A DNA stretch of 64,000 nt from Macrostomum lignano (Eukaryota): positions 310,001 through 374,000 of the forward strand of contig NIVC01000570.1 in the NCBI GenBank assembly GCA_002269645.1, given 5' to 3'. The first letter of the stretch is position 1. Every line of letters begins with the position of its first letter. This document shows, one piece after another, positions 24,701-33,445 of the stretch. The translations under genes and the position numbers were made by a program. The notes beneath the pieces are model-generated. The model was not told the DNA's origin. It worked only from the letters and a program-made list of their open reading frames with translations, and ran no database searches.

Positions 24701-25661
24701 GGATCTGAGAGATCGCCAAGCCTCCTTTGTCAAACCTGATTCCCTTCTTTTCGCATTCGATGAGATAGTAGTTGAAATAATTTTGATAATTTGAGGTTCT
24801 TTCGGGGTGGTGAGGGACACTATCAAGAAGAAGTGCAGAAAGAACTGCCCATAGAGCACAGCAATTGTCTTTATTTTTAACATTTGTGCAAGCTTTTTTG
24901 CCGGCTAGCTTATGCGGGAGCTCTATATAAGAGGAGGCTTTAAGTGGGTCATATTTCATGACCATGACAGTCGCTCTTTGAATCCCTCCCACGACCCATC
25001 CGGAACCTCTGGATGTAAACGCTTCAATTTTCTTAGTGACATCTTGAAGGAAAGGATCCAGTGTGTCTGTAGGGGTGAATGGCTTTGCCTTTGTTGTCAT
25101 GTAATACTCGAGATGCTCAGTAGGTTTTGCAGGCATATAAAACGCAATCTTGAATGATATATGTAGTTTAAAGGTCTTGCGTGTTTTGAGTGTGTGATCA
25201 ACAACTGATTGGATGCTGTCTTTATAGTCGTAGATGTTTGCGGTGGTATCCTTAATTGGGATTGTGTACTCTATGTAATGTTCTGTAAACTTCCTCTGTG
25301 CAAAATTAATCTCTTCAATGGCAAGCTCCGACACTTTTAAATGGATTAATTGCTCTAATTTCTCTTGTTCCTGCTTATTTTGTGGGTACTTTGTTTTTTC
25401 ACCAGTGAGAGTTTCGTATTTGTTAACTAAGTTGCGACTCCTCTCTTGGTGTTCCTTTGCAGGACTTTTTATAGGCGCATACTGGTTGGATTCTAATTGA
25501 TTGATGATTTCCAACTGTTTTTCATAGCTTCCCAGGTGACCAGGGTCGGTGTTAAACTTTTGTTTACATGGTTTTCTTAGTAAATTACTTTTTTCTTAAA
25601 ATAAGACGCCTTTTGAAAAATATTTGTTGACTAAATCTTTTGCTGGATTAGCTTTTGGCAT
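21778..25661 (-). pseudogene. Protein-primed DNA polymerase B, fragmented
   Basis: ATG 25661 in frame through TAA 25596-25598; exonuclease YADFEC, HNAKNYD, KDSYQF; EndoVII-like CYIC...RDHCH; YLDANNLYG (~23020-23045), KLANNSVYGK, YTDTDS; several frameshifts. Confidence 0.93.
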
Positions 25662-25783
25662 TTTTTTCTATAAAATAAAAAAATTTTGAGGGTGAGCACC
25701 CTGATAGAAAAGTTGAACTGTTTCTACATCCTATAAGTAGTGTTAGGTTTATGAAGCTGGATAAAGTGGGGTTTTAAACCTCA

Positions 25784-26239
25784 TCACATGCGCATTATTG
25801 TAAACCCAGCATTGTGCAGTGTCATGATGGCTTTGAAAATGTCAGACTTGCTTATAGAATTTTCATGCTCACAATCATCACGATCATCACAATCAGGGCA
25901 GCCCTCTCCTGCTTTAATCGTTATACCTTTGTCTCTTGCAATCTTTTGCAATTCTAGCTGGTGGGCTCTATCATTACCAGCTTTAACAGCAGTTGCTACA
26001 CCTCCAGCTACACCACCTGCGGCACTTACGGCGCCTGCAATGATTGGAATAAGAGCTGCTAATGGCAGGATTCCTCCTGACTTTTCATCTGTGATGCTGT
26101 GTCTTTGCTCATTACACTGAAGTATTTGCTGCGTGGGATCGATTTTTACTTTGACACCTTTAATTGATATAATACCTGGTTTCTTTGATTCAATGATTTT
26201 ATTGAGTTTATTGATGGTTCTGGTTTCAATCTTTGTCAT
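25784..26239 (-). CDS. Putative virion core/membrane-active protein
   Basis: KSGG-ILPLAALIPIIAGAVSAAGGVAGGVATAVKA hydrophobic Gly/Ala stretch, similar to small Polinton core proteins (from memory). Confidence 0.6.
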   Translation of the reverse strand: MTKIETRTINKLNKIIESKKPGIISIKGVKVKIDPTQQILQCNEQRHSITDEKSGGILPLAALIPIIAGAVSAAGGVAGGVATAVKAGNDRAHQLELQKIARDKGITIKAGEGCPDCDDRDDCEHENSISKSDIFKAIMTLHNAGFTIMRM

Positions 26240-26255
26240 TATTTATTTTAATATT

Positions 26256-27251
26256 TTAATTAATTTCCGTGTCAGCTGGTATCACTAGGAGTTCAGCTCT
26301 AGTGAATGACCGCGTGGGGGATTTAGGGTTAAAGGCCTGAGATAAAAAGTAATAGTCACCGGAGTCGGAGGTAAAATGCCTGTCTATTTTATGTACATCA
26401 AGGCTGAAGTATGGATCTGTAGCTCTTCTTTTGGTGTCTTTCTCTAGCTCTCCAGGTAGATATAAAAAGCGTAGAAACTCAGAGTTTGTCAGTATGTATG
26501 GTGATTCAACTCCTGGAAGCTTAGGGTAGTTTGAGGTGTCTGTTCTATGAGATGCCTTAATTTCAACAGTGTCTTGTTTAATTGCATGGGACGGTTTCAA
26601 TCCAGTCATACGTGTGACTTCATTGTTCAGTTGCTCTATAACAGTGGGGAGTCTTTCTGTCCACTTGGTATAGTACTGACCACTTTTTAGTTTCAGCTCC
26701 TCTGCTGTCTGCTTAGTGAATAGCCTCTTGGCTAGAGTTAGATTGAATCTTTCCACAAAAGCCTGGTCTCTGTGGAGCTCAGTTCTGCCATAGCGAATCT
26801 CTGTATTTTTCTTTTCCATAAGGGATTTCACTGCACCCATGAATTCTTTACCAGGGTCCGTCATAAAGATTTGGGGGTATGTGAGCGGAGAGTTTTTATA
26901 AATATCTTGGAGTGCGCTGGCAACAACCTCTGACTTCTTCGTCTTGAGTGGGCGAGCTTCCTTATATCTGGAAGCAACGTCTATAATTGTGAGAGCATAC
27001 TTGTAGCCTGAGTCATTGGGGAGAAACAGAAGATCTGCTTGGTGCGCCTCATTAGGTTTATAAATACTGAAATGGGGCCTTTCAAATTTTACTGGTGGGA
27101 AATAGACTTGAAAGACTGCTTGCTTAGAGAGCCACTTTTCTACTTTAGCTTTTGGTTCCTTACTTAGTTCTGCGAGTTTGGTGACTGCATTTTTTCCTAC
27201 AAAGAATCCTTTGTCGCTGTAGTAGAGTTTTTTAAGTTTCTGATCTGTCAT
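26256..27251 (-). CDS. Retroviral-like (rve) integrase
   Basis: HQADLLFL (D), IIDVASRY, MTDPGKEF (D), FVERFNLTL (E); ATG at 27251 (MTDQKLKKLYY); intact. Confidence 0.93.
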   Translation of the reverse strand: MTDQKLKKLYYSDKGFFVGKNAVTKLAELSKEPKAKVEKWLSKQAVFQVYFPPVKFERPHFSIYKPNEAHQADLLFLPNDSGYKYALTIIDVASRYKEARPLKTKKSEVVASALQDIYKNSPLTYPQIFMTDPGKEFMGAVKSLMEKKNTEIRYGRTELHRDQAFVERFNLTLAKRLFTKQTAEELKLKSGQYYTKWTERLPTVIEQLNNEVTRMTGLKPSHAIKQDTVEIKASHRTDTSNYPKLPGVESPYILTNSEFLRFLYLPGELEKDTKRRATDPYFSLDVHKIDRHFTSDSGDYYFLSQAFNPKSPTRSFTRAELLVIPADTEIN

Positions 27252-27281
27252 TTTTTTAAAAAGAAAATTTAAAATAAAATA

Positions 27282-27782
27282 ATGCAACGCTCTGGTGGTA
27301 AGTTAGGTTCACATGGACTGATAGAAAAGCTTCCTCATCCAAACAAAGGCTGGACACTTCCCGGCTATAAATATTGCGGGCCTTTGAATCCACTTGAAAT
27401 ACAGTTAGATAAAAACAATAATCCAAATCCTGGGCATGAGCCTGTGAATGAGCTAGACTCTGTCTGCATGTGGCATGACGTTAAATATAGAGATTTTCCT
27501 GAGGAGAAGAATCGTTGGGACAAAGAAATGCTTAGGAGACTAGACAATATAGGGGCTTCAAGCGGATTTCGCGAGTCTATTGCTAGGAAATTAGTCAAGG
27601 CGGTTATTTTTGGTAAGTCTAAGTTGGGGTTGGGGGTGTGCGTCGGGGGTGGGTGTACGGGGAGAGAGGGCGGGGTGGGCTTTGTACTGCACGCGCCAAG
27701 GAAAAAACTAGGAGTTCTGCTGAAAGAGCTGTGGGTTGAGAAGGCTGGGGGGTTAAACAAGGAACTAAATGGGCGTTTGTGA
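27282..27782 (+). CDS. Parvovirus VP1u-like phospholipase A2 domain protein
   Basis: LPGYKYCGPLN (Ca-loop-like) and CMWHDVKY (HD dyad) followed by WDKEM. Confidence 0.8.
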   Translation: MQRSGGKLGSHGLIEKLPHPNKGWTLPGYKYCGPLNPLEIQLDKNNNPNPGHEPVNELDSVCMWHDVKYRDFPEEKNRWDKEMLRRLDNIGASSGFRESIARKLVKAVIFGKSKLGLGVCVGGGCTGREGGVGFVLHAPRKKLGVLLKELWVEKAGGLNKELNGRL

Positions 27783-27844
27783 AGTTAGGCGAGGAATCCT
27801 TTGAGCTTGTTAAGGAATCCTTGAGCTGGGCAAGCTTTTTTTCT

Positions 27845-28080
27845 CTATGCTGCACATGATTTTCACGAACGTTCGTCAAATTAATGTAACCACTGAGAGC
27901 CGCTTTATGCTGCACATGATTTTTACGAAAGCTCGTAAAAATCATGTAACCATTGAGAGCCGCTTTATGCTGCACATTTTTACGAAATGATTTTTACGAA
28001 AGTTCGTAAAAATCATGTAACCACTGAGAGCCGCTTTATGCTGCACATGATTTTTACGAACGTTCGTGAAAATCATGTTA
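27845..28080. repeat. Four ~60-bp tandem units, each with an internal palindrome
   Basis: Unit 2 has the perfect 15-bp stem acatgatttttacga-aagc-tcgtaaaaatcatgt (27914-27947). Confidence 0.9.
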
Positions 28081-28201
28081 TCAGTGGGAATCGAACCGTG
28101 CGGGGCAGACTGAGACCGGTTTTGGGCTTTTTTGCCCTCGTCAGTCAGTCATAGCCACGCGAGGTCGGCTCCACCTCTAGTCAGCTGAGTGGAACTGCTA
28201 T

Positions 28202-28669
28202 TTATACGCCCTTGCACCAAGTCCTTGCCTTGCACATGGCGACATTTTCTAGTCCACCATGTGAGGAATTCGCGCCATGTTCAAATAGCTTTACTGTCAG
28301 TAAGCTATCGCTTACAAATGTAACTAATACGAGCCGCTTTATGCTGCACATGATTTTGTCAGTATTTTTTAGATCTCTACAGGGTACAACCTTGTAGTTG
28401 GCTAACTGCAACTGCCTTATAACTTCAGCAAAGTTATAATAGCTGTCAAAATTGTTAATGACTACTCCGTGTTTTTCAAACCAGTGAGATTTAAGTTCTT
28501 GATTAATATTAGGGACATTGATATCAAAGCCAGGCCAATATTTTCTCATGTACTCGCTGCATTCAAGTTTGCAACGGTACTTACTCTTGTAATTAGGCTC
28601 GTGCGCTTTGTAATAAGAACCTGGAGAGACAACTGGAAACATTTTTAGAGAAAATTTAATTCTTTTCAA
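28202..28669 (-). CDS. Right-TIR paralog of the small TIR protein, C-terminally extended
   Basis: MFPVVSPGSYYKAHEPNYKSKYRCKLEC... matches 14781..15047. Confidence 0.45.
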   Translation of the reverse strand: MKRIKFSLKMFPVVSPGSYYKAHEPNYKSKYRCKLECSEYMRKYWPGFDINVPNINQELKSHWFEKHGVVINNFDSYYNFAEVIRQLQLANYKVVPCRDLKNTDKIMCSIKRLVLVTFVSDSLLTVKLFEHGANSSHGGLENVAMCKARTWCKGV

Positions 28670-29238
28670 AGGGTAAGGACCCTGGGTTAGGGGATTTAAA
28701 GTCTTTGGAATCAGGTTTCGTGTTGCGAATTAAATGTGGGGAGAAGAATTCAGATTATTTTCTGCTTGTTTCGAATATGCTATGGGTGGATGTCGGTGGA
28801 TTATGTAGGACACTTGTTATGCTCTGATTCTGTCGAGGAGGAAGGAGGATAGGTTAGGAGGATTATAGATGACGTTTTGTGAGCGAGTGCGACACCTGTT
28901 ATGCTTTGATTCAGGGATAATATGGATGGATTTAATGGGATTATGTTCGAAGTTTTTGGAGCAAGTAGGACACCTGTTATGCACTGACTCTGTCGGGGAT
29001 AATATGGATGGATTTAATGGGATTATTTTTGAAGTTTTTGGAGCAAGTGCGACCCCCCTTTTTTTCTTATTCTGTCGGGGATAATATGGATGGATTTAAT
29101 GGGATTATGGAGGACGTTTTGTGAGCGAGTGCGACCCCCCTTTTTTTCTGATTCTGTCAGGGATAATATGGATGGAGTTAATGGGATTATGGAGGACGTG
29201 AAAAATTTTGTCCCAAAAGCCCCCTCATGCCTTCTACT
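28411..29238 (-). repeat. Polinton right TIR
   Basis: Reverse complement of the left TIR. Confidence 0.85.
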
Positions 29239-29585
29239 TGCATACATACTATTATACAGATGCAGACAGGAGACAAGGGAATGTGAGAATTTTGAGTGAC
29301 AATCAAACGGGTAGATTGGGAGACATGATGGGTAAAGTGCATGCATAGAGAAAGAGATAGAGACGGAGAGAGAGAGAGAGTACCACAGACAAATTTATAT
29401 AAAACAGAACAATATTTACCATAGACAACTGTTATAGAGAACAGTTTATGTTCAAACGAGGCAATGTTTTATCATGCGACGAGTCTGACTCGTTTAATAT
29501 AATCACAGCATACCGGCTTTGTTAAAATCAACTGTTGTATAGTTTAGATATTATTATAGTCAATCAATCAATCAATCAGTCAATC

Positions 29586-29617
29586 ATGTCCGGTGACAAC
29601 GGAAACGTACAACAACA

Positions 29618-29702
<85 letters not shown>

Positions 29703-30511
29703 CAACAACATCTACAAGAGTCGCATCGTTGTCAGCTGAACACTGCCAATGATCATCTCGCCTGGGCAGACGACGTCTCAGACGCGGAGTTGGTCGCTGC
29801 GTGTGTATCGGTCGAACAACAACACACAACGCAACAACCATTGATGAATGCGTCTGCATCGTATGCAGAGACCAGACGCGCAGTGTCAGCGCTACATTCG
29901 GCAGGCGTCGATTGGGCTGACCAGCTCGACGAAGCGATGCGCTGGTTCGATGGCGATTTTTACACAGCGAACGCGATTGTGACCGACGTTGCTGCGACAT
30001 CGATGCCGTCTAACTTGCGTAAGCGGCGTCATTCGTGCATCAGCCAAGAACACCAGGATGACATGGTCGTCGATCTTGATGCCGATATCGACATCCTGAT
30101 CGACCCAGAGACGATGGCAGAATGCGACGCACTAGAAGCAGCGATGCCGCCAATCACAACATCGAACAGCCGCCAACTGATGCGACTACTGACGATGCAA
30201 ATGCAGCCGCCTCTGATGACATGTACATGTCAGATGCGGAGCTTGTTGCCGCATGCGAAGAGGTCGAGGCGACATTCCATCTGAGCGCCATCGATCAATG
30301 TGCACCACCGGACGAAGCGTTGGCTAGCCCAATTAGTCAAGTCGACCCGTCCGTGTCGCTGTACGACTCCGATGGCAATCTGCTAGAGGAGTCCAGCTTT
30401 GCCGTTGATCGACGGTCAGTCGCCTGCCAGGTGGACATGTGTCGACCTCGTCGCAATCGCACCTGGACTCGACTGTACCGTAGATGGCGTTCTCGTCGAT
30501 CCACCGACTAG
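29586..30511 (+). pseudogene. ORF3 of the unclassified element: poly-Gln, acidic low-complexity protein with one frameshift
   Basis: MSGDNGNV(Q)n; two SDAELVAAC motifs; frameshift near 30140 joins ORFs 29535..30284 and 30122..30511. Confidence 0.55.
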
Positions 30512-30597
30512 GTAGATGGATGGTGGTCGCTCGAGTCAGTACAATCGCGCGCGCGTGTTGTAGTCTTCTGCCGGTCCTCACCAGGCCGTGAATCTGG

Positions 30598-30634
<37 letters not shown>

Positions 30635-30649
30635 TGGCTGACTAATTAA

Positions 30650-30900
30650 CTAGTTAGAAAATACTATATGAACCTCCTATGAGATGTCTGTATGTATGTA
30701 TATGGGTATGCGATTGATTTCAGAAAAATTGGCTCAACCGATTTTTTTCAAACTTGCACCATTCGATCAGAAATTTTCCTGGGACGGTACATGCATCTTG
30801 GCTAAGAAATTGCTCTATGTTAAAGGGATTAAATATTCGAAAAACATGCTTTTTTGCAAAGGTCAAGCAAAATTTTCAACTTGAAATGCATTGTAAGAAT
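30650..30900. mobile_element. Possible Helentron-associated (HINE/DINE-1-like) non-autonomous fragment
   Basis: gtctgtatgtatgt microsatellite followed by ...gctcaaccgatttttttcaaacttgcac, a pattern I associate with HINE elements; ends not resolved. Confidence 0.4.
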
Positions 30901-31257
30901 GCTAGAGAAAAACTGACTGACTGAATTACAATTCTGATAAAGATTGCATCACAACCAGTTGAAAACAGTGCCAAAGAAATGCACACACGACTTGATTTAA
31001 ATTGCGTAACCATATTGCTAACTTAAATTGAGACTGATACTGGCTGACTGAGAAATTGATTATGTCATAATTTTCTACTCCAATTGACTTGCTGTAAGAA
31101 TTGAATTATAAGGGCCACAATTCATGTTCTCCAATTGAAAAGAGATAGCCTAGATGCAAACAGACTGGACTGCTAATGTAGCGACCTGGGTTCGAATCTT
31201 AGTAGTGCAAAATAATTTTTTTATTAAAACACCTTAAAAACACAAAATGCAAAACAT

Positions 31258-32030
31258 AAAAGAGCCACCATGTCAAACATTAGAGAGCCACCATGTCGAA
31301 CATTAAAGAGCCACCATGTCAAAAATATACATGACTCCATGTCGAACATTCAAGAGCCACCATGTCAAACATATACGTGACTCCATGTCAAACATTGAAG
31401 AGACCCCATGTCGAACATTAAAGAGCCACCATGTCGAACATAAAAGAACCATCATTTAAAACATATACATGACTCCATGTCAAACATTGAAGCGACACCA
31501 TGTCGAACATAAAAGAGCCACCATGTCAAACATAAAAGAGACACCATGTCAAACATTAAAGAGCCACCATGTCAAACATAACAGAGACACACCATTTCAA
31601 ACGTAAAAGGGCCACCATGTCAAACATTAAAGTGCTACCATGTCAAACATAGAAGAGCCACCATGTCAAACATTAAAGAGCCACCATGTCAAACGTTAAA
31701 GAGACACCATGTCAAACATTAAAGAGCCACCATGTCAAACATTAAAGAGCCACCATGTCAAACATAACAGAGACACACCATTTCAAACGTAAAAGGGCCA
31801 CCATGTCAAACATTAAAGTGCTACCATGTCAAACATAGAAGAGCCACCATGTCAAACATTAAAGAGCCACCATGTCAAACATAAAAGAGACACCATGTCA
31901 AACATTAAAGAGACACCATGTCAAACATTAAAGAGCTACCATGTCAAACATTAAAGAGCCACCATGTCAAACATTAAAGAGCCACCATGTCAAACATAAA
32001 AGAGACACCATTTTAAATGTAAAAAGAAGC
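31258..32030. repeat. 23-bp minisatellite (aaagagccaccatgtcaaacatt)
   Basis: Unit spacing of 23 bp (31681 and 31704); about 30 variant units. Confidence 0.92.
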
Positions 32031-32099
32031 TTCATACCAAACATAAAGGAGCCACTATAAAGCTAAGGATATTATTGCACTAGCTACTTATTGTCTTAG

Positions 32100-32390
32100 T
32101 GGATGCTTGCTATCTGAGGGATGCCTGCTATTGGGGAGATGCTTGCTATCTGGGGTAACTTAATATTGGAGGATGCTTGCTCTCGGGGTGGAGGGTTCTT
32201 TCTATCTGAGAGGGGGTTTGCTATCTGGAAGATGCTTCTTGCTATTGTATTTGGGGGTGCTTGCTATTGTATTTGAGGGTGCCTGCTATTGTATTTGGGG
32301 GTGCTTGCTATTGTATTTGGGCGTGCTTGCTATTGTATTTGGGGGGGGGCTTGCTATTTGGGGGATGCTTGCTATCTGGGAGATGCTTGC
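32100..32390. repeat. 18-22-bp G-rich minisatellite (tgcttgctattgtatttggggg / gatgcttgctatctgggg)
   Basis: Direct reading. Confidence 0.8.
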
Positions 32391-33445
32391 ATGCTGTCTG
32401 GGGATGTTTTTTAAGAGGAAATGTCTGTTGTTTTTTTCGTTGTCTATTTGTTACTTGTAAAGATTCTATACAGATGTCCCCCATCGAAAGGGGAAGATTG
32501 CTAGTTATTATCTGATAAGTTCATTCTATTGTTATTTATTTAACACTAGACTTTGATTGATATTAGTTACATTGTTTATGCATTACATATGTAAATATGA
32601 GTTGGGTTTTGAATACAACATGTTTGTTTTCACAAATCCATCACTGTACATTAGAATAATCCGTTCACCAACTATATTATGCTAAAATTATAACCAATGA
32701 ACGTGTAACATGTCGATCGTTAAACCAATTAACTGTATAAATGAGGTGAGGTACAATATGGTGATAGAAGATAGAACTGCAAAATTTAAGCCATGGTATT
32801 GGATTGAGTGTATGTACGAGAGACTGCTAGTAGTATATAGTATAGAGAGTGTACACGATGACGAGTGTCCTATTTGAGAATGAGGTTACCTACTAGGAGG
32901 AAAATGAAGATTAAAAAGATTAATGAGAATGGGATTGCCAATGCTAACGCGACTGAGACTGATTGAAAGTGCAGCATATTGAAAGTGATTATGAGAGACA
33001 ATATGGAATATGGATTACGGATGGATGGTAACGTGATACGATCGTATGTTGAGTGCTTGTGTACATGCAGACACAAGAGAATCGGTAACAATAAATTCTG
33101 ATAATTGTGCAGATTGTGCATATTTTAGACAAGCATAAGTACAAATGCATAAGTACAACTATTCTGTACTCAGTAAAGTTCGTAAATATTAGAATTATAG
33201 ATTGTTATTAATGATGACATAAACTATAATTTGTTCGCATCTGCTGCTTATCAGAAACTCTGTTATAGATTCGGTATCTTGTTAATAATTAGTAATTAAA
33301 TAATAATTCAGTCGAACTGTTTGTTGTATTGTCAGTCAAATTTAACAGCTTTTTTATTAACTAACTCACTCCAAAACATAATAATGGACCACTATGAGCC
33401 GAGATGTGACCACCTGGACGAGTCCGAGTCGACCTGCCGCTACAA

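Larger units (their letters stand above)
14212..29238. mobile_element. Full-length Polinton/Maverick (adintovirus-like endogenous virus), 15,027 bp, inactivated
   Basis: Termini AGTAGAAGG...CCTTCTACT; 6-bp TSD TGCATA at 14206-14211 and 29239-29244; long TIRs; pPolB, rve integrase, A32-type ATPase, adenain-like protease, MCP, mCP and PLA2 genes. Confidence 0.96.
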
